Assembly: GCA_028534125.1 (NCBI GenBank)
Contig: CM052817.1
Span: forward strand, 95,358,001-95,422,000
Reading direction: 5' to 3'
Length of the DNA: 64,000 nt
Origin: Lama glama
Lineage: Eukaryota
The notes under the pieces were generated by a model. It was not told the DNA's origin and ran no database searches. It was given only the letters and a program-made list of their open reading frames with translations. Position 1 is the stretch's first letter; each line of letters starts with the position of its first letter. Shown one piece after another: positions 36,401 to 50,900 of the stretch. The position numbers were made by a program, and so were the translations under genes.

Positions 36401-37574
36401 GATCATATTCATTCAGGATTAGGTCATATATCCCCACCATACAGGAAAACATTTCCCTGAAAATCCTAGTTCAGTGATACCCCATTCTGCGCAGGAACAC
36501 TTTCAGTTATTTTTTTCTGTATAAAAAGATAAATCTTGCTGCCTCTTGATCATAATACTGTCTTCTGGAGCCATGTAGAAGAAATCTATGACCTACTTTC
36601 AGTTTTTACTTATTTTTATATTGGGCTGTTAAAATTGCAAACAGTGATTGGTTGTGAGTGAAAGTGGTCTGCTCCTCTACACGCCCCTCCTCCCCAGCTC
36701 GCAATCAAGGCAGCCACTTGTTCACGTTTGTCTGTTTCCTTCCAGGCTTTTAAAGATGCGCACATATTATACACGGACAGGTTTTGTTTCTATTTGTGTT
36801 CTTAAAATGGGATTGTACTATGTGTATTAAACCTCGTTTTAACTGGACAATTATAATACGGTTTTCTTTCCCTTGTAGACATGAAAACCTGTCCTTTTTC
36901 TTCTCTTTTTTTTTAACAGTTTACATCATTGTTGCATGTACAATAATTTGTTTAATTGTTCCATTATTGTTGGACGTCTGGGTTATTTGGAACATGAATG
37001 ATCTTGAGCATAGATCAGGCTCATCTGAGGATGCAGCTTCCCTTGTAGCTGTCTCAGACTGTGGCTGTTTTCTCTCATAACCCCCGTACCACGGGGCCGG
37101 GAGGTGGGGGCTTCTCATCGCCCCGCCCAGAACTCTCTTCCCACGTCCTCCATGGAAGCCCCTCACGTGCGATTCCCCCACACTTCCCTTCCTCCTTAGT
37201 CACTTACTGCCTCACTCCCCGTCCTCCACCCCAGTCCCTGCAGGATTTAGTGTCCAGTCGTTGTCCCCTTCCGACTGCTCCAGTGATAATTTTTGGACTG
37301 CTTCCCCAGGGACCTTTGACCCCACCTCAGGGACTCCTGGTCCTGGAATATGAGATCTTGCACTTCTAAAAATTAAACAGACTTCTCCAACTTTATGGTT
37401 AATTCTTTTCTTTATTAATCAGAAGACCGTATTTATTCATAGCCATACCTTCAGAAGACATAGGATCTAGAACCTGATCACTTCTGCTGGGCTGAGCCAA
37501 ACCTGTGTCGCCGTGAGCTGGAACAGTTGCTGTAGCTTCCTAACTGGTCTCTTTACTGCTCCCTACTGCTGACA

Positions 37575-37624
37575 CTCCTCCTCCTCCTTCCTCCCCCCTC
37601 TTTCTTCCTCCTCCTCCTCCTCCT
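37575..37624. repeat. (CCT)n-based 50-nt pure pyrimidine tract inside an L2 fragment (~37440-38450)
   Basis: Direct reading. Confidence 0.9.
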
Positions 37625-38000
37625 GCCCTCCTTTCAGTTTGTGCTCAGCCCAGCCAGAGCCCTTCTGTTAAGCTGGAAGCTGGTGAGGGCTGGTATCTCT
37701 GCTCCCCACGGTTCCTGTCTCAGTTCAGAGGGAAAGCTGTGAAGTCCTTGCGGCTGTCCTGTCTGTCCCCTCCCTGTCCTGCCCCTCCCTCTCCATCCCA
37801 GCCGCGTTGGGCCCCTCGCTGTCCCTGGAGCACTGCCGGCCCTTTCCCGCCCAACGGCCTCTGCCCTTGCTCTGCTCCTACTTGGGATGTGCGTCCCCAG
37901 GTCTCCCCGTGGCTCCGTCCCTCACTTTGCAGGCTTCTGTTCAACAGGGAGGCCTTCCCTGACTGCTACAATGTAGGTCTCATGAGGGCATGGACTTTTT

Positions 38001-38160
38001 CTATTACTTTCTTTTTAAAGCATTTTTATTTATTTATTTGTTTTGGAGGGATGGTAATTAGGTTTATTTATCTATTTATTTTAATGGAGGTACTGGGTAT
38101 TGAACCCAGGACCTTGTGCATGCTAGGCAGGCGCTCTACCGCTGAGCTATACCCTGCCCT
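38001..38160 (-). mobile_element. Vic-1-type SINE
   Basis: GGTAATTAGGTTTATTT..GGAGGTACTGGGTATTGAACCCAGG..GCTGAGCTATACCC. Perfect TSD TGGACTTTTT (37991-38000, 38163-38172). Confidence 0.9.
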
Positions 38161-38179
38161 GGTGGACTTTTTAAAAAAA

Positions 38180-38383
38180 TAATTTTTTTTTAAAATTTTT
38201 ATTTCTTATCTAAGTGTAGTTGATTTACAATGTTAGTTTCAAGTGTACAGCAAAGTGATTCAGTTATACATATACCTACATATATACATATATTCAGATT
38301 CTTCTCCATTGTAGCTTACTACAAGAAACAGTTATTTTACTGTATAGCACAGGGAACTATATTCAGTTTCGTATAAAATAACT
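38180..38383 (-). mobile_element. Young L1 3' end with an inverted 5' segment
   Basis: AGTGTAGTTGATTTACAATGTTAGTTTC..TACTACAAG then TACTGTATAGCACAGGGAACTATATTCA, the next L1 segment in the opposite orientation. Confidence 0.8.
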
Positions 38384-41300
38384 TGTCTCGTCCAGTGCTT
38401 AGAATAGCGTCTAGCGCTTTGTAGGTGTTTGTCGAATGAGTTGAGTGACTGCAATGTTATCAGCTTTTCTTTTTATCATTCTTTTTATTTTTTTGTACCG
38501 TTAGAACTTCCACTGGACAGACAAAAACTGGAACAGACACTTCATTTTTTTTTGTATACACAAAATATTGAAACTAGCTTATTTGTGAAACTGCCCTGTA
38601 AATGTTACCCTTTTCAGCATGTTACAATTTTTGAATCAGTTGTACATGTTCATGTTTAAGGGTGATAACCCAGCGGGGTCGGTGTTGGAATCCAAGTTTG
38701 GTGGAAAGCAAACTGAGGCTCAGGGAGGTGTTTTGTTCAAAGATCAGCTACAAAGTGGAAGGCTGCCCTTCACACCTACCTTTTTCATTCCAAGTGAAGG
38801 GCTCTTGTTTTCTCATTTAAATACATCTTCAAATGACTTTGGGGGGGGTCTTATCTGAACGTCTGGGGAACCTGCCCTGATTTCTTATTCTGGATTTAGT
38901 CTGCCTTTTGTTTTCATTTTGAAAGCACATGAAATAAATGGTTAACTTTAAAATTCCTGACAATGACAGAGCAACAAGGTTTATTTCTCTCACCTGTGGA
39001 GGAAGTGGCCTCCACCCAGTTTTACTGAATTAGGAGGGAAGTGATTTTTTCAAGTGATAAAAAGAAATAAAATTCCATGCTCTTCCCAGAGGAGGAGTTC
39101 AACAATTGGGAGAATGGCGTGAGACCATATGTTGGTTTGTAAAAGGATATAACTTGTAAAGATGTTTCCTTTGATGCCTGTGATGAATATGGATGTGTTT
39201 CCCTTCTAGAGGGTCCTGATTAAATTACTCAATTAAGAGTGGAGCTGGAGGATCTAAATATAGGGAGAGGGTTCAGGCCGTCCTGCCTTGTGTATGTCAG
39301 CTCACCCCTACAGATGTGCGTGCGTGTTGTAAACAGCACCTGCGAGATCAGTGGATGGGGAGAAGTGTGTTCCAAAAAATGAAATACAGCAGGATTTTTT
39401 TTTTTAAATAAAAGTCATAGTTTTTTCCCTCCTCTGGCCTGTTCCTTTTTCACCTATGAATTTGGCATTTGAATTACTTGTTTTTTAAAACCTTATGAAT
39501 AGACTTTAGTACCTGTTCTGGTTTAAAATGTAATCTGTCACTTATTAGAATATGATCTTGAGAAAGCTGTTTAACAACCTCTGATCCTCAGGTTTATTAG
39601 GAAAATGGAGACGATACATCTCTTGAAGGCCTGCTATAAGAAGTCAACAGGATAGTGTCTGTAAAAACTACCCATGTAACCCTTGCAGAAGGTGATAGCT
39701 CAGTCAAAATAATTTCCTTTCATTTATTAATTATTGAATCATTCATAACTGGTCACTTTTGGAAATTTACCACATTTAGCATTCTTTGCAATCTGTAAAA
39801 CTGCTTTTCTATGATAACAGTGACTCAAAGAGAACAGTTTTTTCCTAAGAGACTGCTGTAGACTTTCCTCTTGTAGTCAGTAAAGTTAAATTTTAAAATG
39901 CCTCTGGTCTTCAGTCTCCTGTGTTTGACGAGTGAGCACTTGCAGCCAAGTGACTCTAACTTCTGAGCTGAGGTGAATACAGATGAGATTTATCAGGGTG
40001 AGGCAGTTACAACCTGGATATCTTGAAAGGTTACCATATACCAGAGGACAGTTTTCCATTATAAGCATGATTTTGAGAACAAAGATTCAGTGGAATTAAG
40101 GAATGTTGTACAACATTTAGAGGAAGTGGCAAGGAGATGTAGAAGTAAGACAAGTTTGTTGAAGTTGAGGACAGTAAGAAAACTTTTTAAGTGTCTTCAG
40201 TCTGCTTAACTAAACAAGTAATCATCTAATGAAACAAAACAGAATGGACACTTGCTATTCTATGGGGAGTCTCTGTGACTAAGAAAAATTGACCAGGTGC
40301 CTTATAAGCAGCCTAGATTTGTCTGGATGGAAGGACTTTGTATATGCAGAGCAGAACCAGAAAGAGTTCTTGTCTTCAAGAATTTTCTAACACAATGAAG
40401 ATGCGCTGAATGGCATTACTTGGCACAACTAAATATGTAAACTACAGTCCTGTCCTTAGAGACTTGGATCAGGTGTGACATCCATAAATTCCTCGCTTCC
40501 TTTTTGTTGGGAGGATGCTACTTTTGAAATCATCTGGCTGAAATGTCACAGCTGGCAATGAACTTAGAAGTGGTAGGTGGTAAACTGGAATTCAGAGTCT
40601 CCGTGTTACTCCTTTTCTTTTTGATTCCTGAGATTCCCACTCACTTAACACTCCGCTGCGAACCCCCATCCCAGCTCCTGCGAGCATCACACTCACACCT
40701 GAGAGACCGCAAGACCCGGCTATTAGTGCCTGCGTTTTAAAAGCACTGAGACCTGCATAATTACGTGACGAAAAGTCGGCTTTCAAGAGCCCCTCCTCTC
40801 TTCCACCTTCACCACCCCCTCCCCAGTTTCTCCAGATTTGGAAAATTAATCTCTGGAAAAGAATTTTAATGAAAAAATGGCAAACTAGCTATTTCTATGT
40901 CATGCATCACGCTTTTAGAAAGTTGGTAAATGTTTGGAAGTAACCAGAACAAGGTGTCATAGTCAGAGGCTCAGTAAAGTGCAGTCTGACCTCTGGGTGT
41001 TTGTGGAGCAGGGCGTTGCAGTGGCTTTGATCAAAGAGCAACAGGGTGCTGTGATCCCCAGTGGGTCTTCATCTCGCATTCATGTGTGGGAACTGTGTTT
41101 AAATATATTTTCTTTTTCGAAGGACTTAGTCAAAGTAGAGTTCCTGAGGGCCCAGGTTCTCAGCAATGAAGTAGGTAGCTTAAAAAGTGCTTTCAAATCT
41201 GTGAAAGAAATGGAGGGAAGTCTTATTCATCCTCACTTTCTCCCTGTTACAGGATTTTTTCCCTCCTTTATTTTGGTTAGTGATGAGCTTTATTTAGCTA

Positions 41301-44300
41301 CACGTAGCCCAACTGAAATTGATAAATGTTGAAAGTCCAGGGCTAACTGCTATTTTAGAACAGGAAAAAAGAAAAACAGAAGCACCTCAGCTGTTTGCTC
41401 CTTCAAGACAAATATCTCAAAACCAAGTGAGTTCCTAATTGGAGTAACTGGGGAAAAGAAGCATTTGAACACATTATTTGTTGAAACCGAATCACCAGAC
41501 CATTGTTGCTTTGGGGTATTTTCTGAGACTGAAATAGCTAGAGAAACCTCGTCTCTGTTTTTATAGTCACTGTGATGGCATTATACTGTGTAGCAGATTT
41601 TACTTGTGTTTTATTTTCTCCTCTCTGCCTCAAGAGTAGGTAAGATGTGTCATTTCTCTGAAGGAGCGGTACCATCAACATCAATCATGCTTTTATTAGG
41701 AACTGTTCAGACTGGGTACCACTCTGGTTGTGTTCTGCATGGTCCGCGATACTGTCTCCACTCGCCTTCATCACTGGTTTTCCTGGGCCTGTTCCCAGGC
41801 TTGGTTCTCCATCGGGAGGTGGGAGCACACGTGTTGCTGCCGCTGCCCCGACTCTCCCTCCTGCCGAGCCACTGGGTGGGTTGCCTCCTGTTCTGCTTCT
41901 AAGTAATCTTAGCTTTATCAGAAGTCTGGTAAGTTCTCAGTTCCTCAGGACTTTTGATTAATTATGTAGCCTGATTTTATTTAGGCCTAATGAATATGAT
42001 TGTGGTTTTTTTCCCCACTTTTAGTGAATTCTCCATCATACTCTTACCAGCAAAACTCATTGCTGTTCTTGGCTTAATGATGGATTGCTCCTTATGTTTT
42101 AAAATACTGGCATCAAGTCTCTGGAATTTGGCCTTCCCCCTTTTCAAGCATTTTTAACCCTAATTTGTAGTGTCTAGTCTGTGATTCTATGGTTTCTATG
42201 AGTGTCAAGAATGTGCTATGAGTGTTAAGGTGTCTGTTTTATCCTCTTTGGAAATTATGATCTGTCTTGGACAATTCTGCTTTTGGTTAGGAGCATACAG
42301 TTGATGTCAGTCCTTAAGTGAAATCAAGTAGGTTAAGAAAACATAGTCCATGTTGGAGCAATGAAAAGTTGCATTACAGATCCCCTGGTATGTTCACTTT
42401 TTCACCCTTTTGCATGTTTTAATTTAGCTAAGCATCTCACTGGAGGCATTTCTTAGGATAGGTACATACCTTTTCACAGCAGTAATTAGTATCTCTACCA
42501 GTCACTTTATACAGCACACCTCTGAGGCACTTTGCATCTCCATGACATTCTAGTGAGGTATGTGGCGAAATGATTTAGATGTAAAAACTTCGGAGCTGCG
42601 GAAATTATATAGTTTGCTTACAACTTCTCTGACACCCACAGTAGCACTTTGGGAGCTGGACTTTCACCTTTTCTGTTTCTTCACAAAAAGAGCTAGTAGT
42701 GTAAGTCAGAGATCTGCATACACTTTGTTTGGTTACTTGGAAATCCTTGTTCCCCCATGCCCCAAAAGTGGGTCAGACATTTTTAATAGGAAGATAATCA
42801 TTATAAAGTTATCGTTCTTTCTTAAGTAACTAAAACAGTTCCAAAGTAAAGTTAATCAGTACCCTGCGCTTTTAGTTCCTTGCTGCTTTTGATCTTTATG
42901 CCATGATGTTTTACCAGGAGAGTTAAGACAGGGTACTGAGCCAAAGGACAAGAAGGGGTGGGGGGGCCAAGTTGCTCGCTTCGTTGACAACAGACAGTTT
43001 ATCTTTTGTCAGTCGCTTTTTTGAAGGTACTAGAAGTCTTTGATATTTTACCCCCAATCACTTTTTGGAGCCCATATTTTATGTTTATTTTATTGAATAA
43101 TTTAATCATTCCCTCAATATTTAAGGGGATTATTTATTTTGTCTAGTTCACTGAATTCTGTGCCAGGGCAAGAATTGTAAAACACCACAAGTCTGAAGCT
43201 ACAGGGGCAGTTGGCCATTATCTGTCTCCTCTCCTCATCCTTTTATTAAAGGGACTTGGTTCGTAGCACTTTGCCATGACACCCCCCCGCCCCCCGCCTA
43301 ACCCCATGCCTTTTTATTGTATCTTCAGATACGAATTAGAATAATTTTTTTTTCAAAACTTTCTCTGGGACTCTGGGACTCTGGGATCTGAGGTATTGAA
43401 TGGCAGAGAGTGTATTTTGTTGGTGTTCATGCAACTGGAAAATGACATGTTTCTTTACTAGACGAGGCCAAGTTGAAGAAAATTTTCTCATTGTTGTGCA
43501 GTTAGCCGATTAGGCTTCCTTTAAATAAAAAGCGAGTTACACAGCAGTGAAAGGCATTCTACAACTTTTTGCTCTTTTTCCTTTTAACATTAAGGAATAC
43601 CACAGACGCTGCAAAATTAAATAGCCGTGTCAAAAGGAGCATTATAAGAGTATTTCTCTCATTTGGCTTCTGGCACTGCTAATAGAAATGCCTCCCACGG
43701 GCGAGACTCCATAGGGAAAGGTTCTGTATTTAGAACCCTGTCTTAAACTGCATTTTTATTACTTGCAAAATCGGACCACACTATAAGTCCAAGCTGATTT
43801 ATAAGTGGACTTTGTATGTGGCTTGAGTTAACGAACTGATTTGGATGGGAGGGGTGGGTAATTTGCAAATATTTGTGTATAGAGGCTTTTAAAAAATTTG
43901 AAAGTTATAGTTTTTCATGAAAGAATGTTTGAAAAGTTTTAACAGGTAGGAGAGAGAGATTATTAACCTTCCAAATCCAGCCACTGTTAATATTTTGGTA
44001 TATTTACATAGTTGTTCCTACTATATATGCTGTTTTATGTTCTGCTTAAGGTTTTCCCCCAAGTTATTACAGTCTTTATGTACATAATTTTTAAGGGCTA
44101 CATAATATTCTATTGAGTGGGTTATACTATAGCTTAATTATTTTCCAATTTTTAGATACTTCTTTTTTTTCCCCTTTATAACAAAGAATGCTGTGATAAA
44201 AATCACTGTGCAAAAAACTTTCTTACCTTTCCAGTGCAGAATATTTCCTTAGAGTAAATTTCTAGAAGTGAAGTTGCTGAAACATAAATCTCGCTTCTTT

Positions 44301-44944
44301 TTTAAGGCTTCTTGGGGGTTCTTTACCAGATGAATGCTTTTTCTTTTTCTGTCAGTGTGAAATGTTTGTATTTGGAGAAGAGGGAAGGAAATCTCTGTTT
44401 GCTGACTCATGTTTTTATTTTGCACTTTAAACTGATAAGGCCACTTAGCTTTTGACATAAACTAAAGCAGGAAGTACAAAAAGGGGCAGAAAAAAAAAAA
44501 GAGTTGTCTTGCCAAGGCCAGGGTGCCATGGACTCATTGAGTTCCTGATGGCAGGTACGCTACTTGTTTGACTTGAATATTAAAATGCTTAACTCAAGTA
44601 GGCAAAAGTCAGCCTGCATTTTGTTTGGTGTGTGCGTTTAATATGCAAGAGTCTGTGATCTTGTCACAGCAAACCCCCCACCTGGCGCACAGTATTTGGA
44701 AGCAGTAGTTTGTTTTGTCTTTTATTCCCTGGTGGAGAAGCCTTCTGTGTTGAGGATATCACCTCAGCTGTCTTTCTAAAACATAAATCTCATCACACTG
44801 ATGCTGTGATTTAAAACCTTCCATTTGTCCACGGGGTAAGATGTATCACAGGCCCTTCACAGCCACGCCCTGCCCTTATCAGCCTTGTTTGTAACAACCT
44901 TGAACCCTAGTATTTCTATTATGTCTGTTAGAACTAGCAATCTA

Positions 44945-45200
44945 GAAAAGTGGTTTAAAAATTGAGGCTCTAGAGCCAGACGACACAGGTTCGAACCCTG
45001 GCCCTGCCGTTTAGAACTGTGCACATAAACCCTGGACAAGTTGTTTTACTTTTCCGTATTTCACTTTCCTTACCCGGTAAATGGGGAAAATGAAAGTGTT
45101 CACTAAAGAGGGTTTGTGGCAAAGGCTGAACTTGTTAATGGATATAAAGTTCTTGGAATAGTGTCTGTCATGTAATGATCATTCAAAATTTTAATGTTAT
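44945..45200 (+). mobile_element. MIR SINE
   Basis: GGCTCTAGAGCCAGAC..GGTTCGAACCCTGGCCCTGCC..CCTGGACAAGTT..GTAAATGGGGA. Confidence 0.7.
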
Positions 45201-46379
45201 TGATTTGCAAAATTCTGCTCCTCCTTTAAGGCCTGTATGATACTTTCTCTTTGGGAAAACTTCCTGAAATGCCTGGAATTAATTGTAAAAGTTAATTGCT
45301 TTTCTTCTTTTATGTATTATCGTTTATACCTGTTGTAGAGCTTTCGTCACCCAGTGTTATGATTGGTTGATGGTGGTACCGCACAGTACACAGGCTGCCA
45401 CTCCTGTTCCTGCACACAGGGTCTGCCTCAGTGTGGTCATGCCCTCCTTCCTGCTGAGTTCTGCCCTGAGACTTTGCAGTACAGTCCTCCAGTGTTGGCA
45501 TTCAGGGGAGCGAATTTTGCTTCATGAGAGTTCATTGTTTACACACTGACTCTTCGGTTAAATTGGGTGCCCGTTGAGGATGGAGACATCTTTGCCTCTG
45601 TCCTCTGTGTATACCACAAGTGCTCAGCAGGCATTCAGTACAGCTTTGTTGAATAAATGTCAATTGAAATAGTTAAAACAAAGGTCTGAAATGGTGGTTC
45701 CTAATCTTCTCCCCTACCCCCAATACTCTTACCTTATATAACAAACCCATCAGTGATAGAGTTTGAAATAGCGCCAAGTGATTTTGATAATAAACACACC
45801 CCCTCTAACTTGAAAACTGTTGACTAAAATAGAAAAAAGCAGTTTCTGGAGTCGAAGAAAAGGATATGCAGAATAAGAAGAAATGTGTTTCTTTTATAAA
45901 TTGTTACTAGAGGAAAAGAAAAAGAAGTTGTCTTTCTTGTTCTTTTGCAAAATTAACCTTTAGTAAAAGTGAATGATCATTTCAGGAGGTACACTCTGAC
46001 CAAGTGTGACTTGATAATAGCATGGTTTTGTTTTCTCTTTTTCTGTTAAATGAGAATAATACCAGCGTCAAAGAACTGGTAAATCTGGGTAAAACTCTTT
46101 ACAAAAGGAAACAACCTCCTACAGCCTGTTGAAGTTCCACACTTGGCCTTCTGATTCTTGAGGGAGCTAAGTCATTCATCAAACATTTATTCAGACTCTG
46201 ATATGGTCCAGCTACAATGCTAGGCTCCAAAGATAGGAAAACAATAATATAGAATTCCTGAATCATTTTCCTCTAGTGAGGAAGGCAGGTGTGCAGACGG
46301 CCACGTGGTAGCCATAGACATGCACGATTTGCTGTGATAGCTGTTCATCATCATTATCCCTTCACGTTCTGAGGCTCAG

Positions 46380-46985
46380 TAATGATTTCTCCCCTTTATT
46401 CCTGTTACTGGTAATTTGATGAGTTTTGCTAGAGGAATATTCAATTTTATTAGTATTTTCAAAGAACTGACTTTGATTTTATAGATTTTCTCTGTTACAC
46501 TTTTTTTTTTAATGTAAATTTTTGCTCTCATTTCCTTCTGCTTTCTTTGGGTTTAATTTGCTGTTTCTCTCTCTCTCTCTTTTTTTTATCTTCTTCTTGT
46601 GATAGATAATATAAAATTTGTTTCCAGCTTTTTTTCTTTTCTAATATATGCATTCAAGACTAAATTTCCCTCTAAGCATGATTGAACTACATCCTACAAG
46701 TTTTCATGTGTCATATTTTTATAATCATTCTGTTCCAAATACTTTCTAATTTCCCCTGTATTTTCTTTTTTGACCCATGGGTTATTTAGAAGTGCAGTTA
46801 TTTTCAATAACAGTATTTTTGGCATTTATTCTTAGTTATACTGTGATCAAAGGGAATTGCATGGTTTTATTCCTTTGCTAGTGTTGAAATTTTCTTAATG
46901 GCTCATTATTTGGTCAGTTTGGATACTCCAGTTGTTAGGTTTAATGATCTACATACATGAACTGAGTTAAGTTTTTAAACATGTT
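46380..46985 (-). mobile_element. Old L1M ORF2 fragment
   Basis: T-rich antisense ORF2 motifs (TTTTCAAAGAACTGACTTT, AAATTTCCCTCTAAGCA, TTTGACCCATGGGTTATTTAGAAGTG). Confidence 0.65.
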
Positions 46986-46989
46986 AATC

Positions 46990-47267
46990 TTTCTGGTGAG
47001 GGCTCTCTTTCAGGCTTGCAGACAGCTGCCTTCTCTCTGTGTCTTCATGTGGCCTTTCCTCAGTGGGTGCGCATGGAGGGAGGGAGAGAGAGAAAAATCT
47101 CTCCTTCTTTCTCGTAAAGCCACCAATCCTTTCAGATCAGGGCCCCACCCTCATGACCTCTTTTAACCTTAATTACTTTCTTAGAGGCCCCATCTCCAAA
47201 TACTGTCACACTTGGGGGTAAGAGCTTCAACATGAATTTTAGGGGGGACATAATTCAGTCCATAGCA
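46990..47267 (-). mobile_element. MLT1A-type MaLR LTR (5' part)
   Basis: Reverse complement starts TGCTATGGACTGAATTATGTCCCCCCTAAAATTCATGTTGAAG; GGGCCCCACCCTCATGACCTC..TTAACCTTAATTAC. Confidence 0.8.
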
Positions 47268-47379
47268 TACTGTAATACATACAAGCACTTTAGTACCTGG
47301 CCCAGAGAAATTGTTTAATAAATCGTGGGTTTGTGGTAGAGAAGATTTTAAACATCTTTTTCCCTTTTCTCTTTTCTAG

Positions 47380-47960
<581 letters not shown>

Positions 47961-50900
47961 TGAGTCCTTTTGTGCTGATGCATTTAGCGGATTTGTGTCA
48001 TTTATCCAGATCATTCCTTTCCATGTTTTTGGTTGTAATTTTTAAGCATTAGGGGAAAAGCTGTGTTTGTCAGCCCTTGGACATTTCATATGCTCCAACC
48101 ATGTACTCCTCTCTGGTTGACATTATTTCCTAGGTGCTGTGAAAACGGTCATAGTGGTACTGACACTGCTAACTTGTAATAAGTTATTCCTTTCTAAGTT
48201 TATTCTTCATGTTTCCCTTCGGTTCTGTGCCTTTCTCTAGACACTTTTAGCTATGATTTTATTGCAAGGGGAGGAAAATCAGGAAAGGAGAGAAGCACGG
48301 TGTAGCCATCTGCGTACTTAAGGGCAGTTGCCAGTGACTTGTATCGCTTTATCCTCGTCGTCCATGGGATTTTGTTATGGCTTAGTCCCTGTGGAGGGCA
48401 GGAAGGAATTACGTTCTGCTGTGGAATCATTTGATACAATTACTCTGTAAGAGAGTCCTAGTTTTTACGTGTATGACCTTTGGCAGGGGACAGTGCAGGG
48501 TAGGGGAGCATAGCAAAGAATCTACTTTAAAATTTGCCTGGGTTTGCCCTCAGATGAGAGTCCAAATTCTAGACAGTTGCATCAGTTGGAAACTGATTAG
48601 GCAATCCCAAGCACTTAAATGTCTCTGTCAGGTCAGAACCAATTTTGTTGATGGATTAGTTATTCATAGCTCATGGTGGCAAGGGCTCCCAAATGAGGCT
48701 GTGTGCAGATTCACATGGCTGCCTCCCGGAGGTTGTGATTCTGGCATAGCCCATTAATCCGTGTTTTTACCGAGTGCTCCAGGTGGTGCTGACGGGAGCT
48801 CTTGGGTTGGTGTTTGGGAACTACTAAGCTAGATCCTATAATACCAGGGCTCTCCAGTACAAGGCATTCTGACTTTTTATGGAATATTTACAACATACAA
48901 AAAGTTTAAAGACTATGGAATAATATAGTAAACATCTTTGTATCCAACACCCACTTGCTTTCAATAACTGGTGTTCTGAATTTGACAATTAGAGTTAATC
49001 TTTATTATTCCCAATACTGGTATTACCTTTGTACGAATCCTTGATGGTATATACTATTATTTTGTATATTTAAAGGTGTTATATAATGATATTGGAGTAT
49101 CCTTCTACAACTTGCTATATTCATTCCGCATCATAGTTTTGTGATTTCTGTACTATGTACTTTAGTATTGCTTTGTCAAGTCCTGTGAAAAATCCTCTGG
49201 AGATTTTACTGAAATTTCGTTGATTTCATTTGGAGAAGGACTGACCTAGTTATGCTCTTGAGCACAATATTTTTCTAAATTTATTTAAGTCTTTAAGTTT
49301 CCTCCATAAAGTTCTTGCATGTCTTTTCTTAGATTTATTTCTAGATAACTGGGTTTTATTGTAATCCTTTTAAAAGTCATGTTGTTAATGTTCATGGCTA
49401 GGACTATACTTGCTTTTTTCCAACAATTTTGCTGAATTCTTGTTCTAATACAGACATTCTTTACTGCTTGTTACACTCACTGTGATGTAACTCTGAGTGT
49501 GTAATATGTACAACAAGATTGTTTAGATTCATCGGTTTTTGATCCCAGTAGTAAGTTTAAGAGGTACACATGAAAGAGTCTAATCCCACTTCACAAACAG
49601 TGACACTCAGGTCCCTATAAATTAAGTGACCTGTGTGTCAGACAACTAAGGTTCAGCATTGAGAAAACACTGTGGACGTATTTCCTCCAGCCACCCTTCT
49701 GCCGCTCAGCTCCACCCTTTCGTCTTGTGCTGCTCGCTGTGTCCTGACCCATGTCCCCTGCGGGGGGACCACTGCTTTACAGGCAGTGTTCTTTAAAGAT
49801 GCTTCCGACGCTCTTACCGCAGCTCTGCAGGTTCTGGCGCTGGCCTGCCTCTCCATCTTTTTTCCCACTGTTCCACGCTGTGTCTGCTTGAGTCTCACAG
49901 AAACACCTAGCGCAGTTTTCCTCTGGACGTCATTTCTCCTCCCTCTTTGCCTCACCCACTCTTATTTCTCCTTCAGACCTAAGCTTGATGGAGGCCACTT
50001 CACAGAGAAAGAAGCCTTTCTTGATAACCTCCTCCTCCCCCAGTAGGCTGGTCTCTGTTTTGCATAGCAATCTGAATTTTTTCCTACTGTTCTTCACACT
50101 TAAATTTACCATTCTTTTAGTCTTCCTTGCAGGATAGTAAATAGAGCTTCATGAGGTCAGGGACCATGTGTATTATTAATGTCCCTACATTAATAGTGAG
50201 CACTGTTGGTACATTTTTACTGTTCAATGAAAATGCTGGTTTTAATGTCACCCTGTGGTCATTTTTTTTTAGAGATGAGTTTTCAGTTTGTACCGCTGAC
50301 CATCATCTTCCTTTTTTGTTCATTTCATTGCTGTTTTTGTCTGACATAAGATGGAAAGTTTGTGTTTTTTTTTTTAAAGTTAATCTTGAGATGATTTGGT
50401 TACTCTTAATAATTTACTTGTAAAAAGTTCTTGATAGGGAGGAGGTGGAAAACCAGCTGAAATTAGGCATTTTGAGACTCCACGAATATTATTTCATCCT
50501 CCCCTTTAGCCAGGAATCTAGTGAACCATTCATAGACCAGTTCTCAAAAACTTTGGGGCCAAGATCTGTTAAATTTGAACATATCAGGATTTTCCTTAGA
50601 TTTTTCCTGTTGTGAAGTGTCTGATGTGGGAATAAGAGCAAGTGGCTTTTTCCCGGAGACCGCTGTGAAGCAGCCCTACACCTCCTGGGAGAGGCCCACT
50701 CAGTCAGAGTGCGGGGGGGGCCCAGAGTTAAGTGGGCGTTTTCCCTCTGTAACGCAGCGTGGAGCACACCTGGTTACTGTTTCTGTGGAAGAGGACAAAA
50801 GGGGTCTGGAATTCTAAGCTGCAGATACACAGCTCAACACTGAATTGCTTTGAACTCCCTTTTACATCAGATACATTACTTCAAAGAGCAATTCAGCAGT

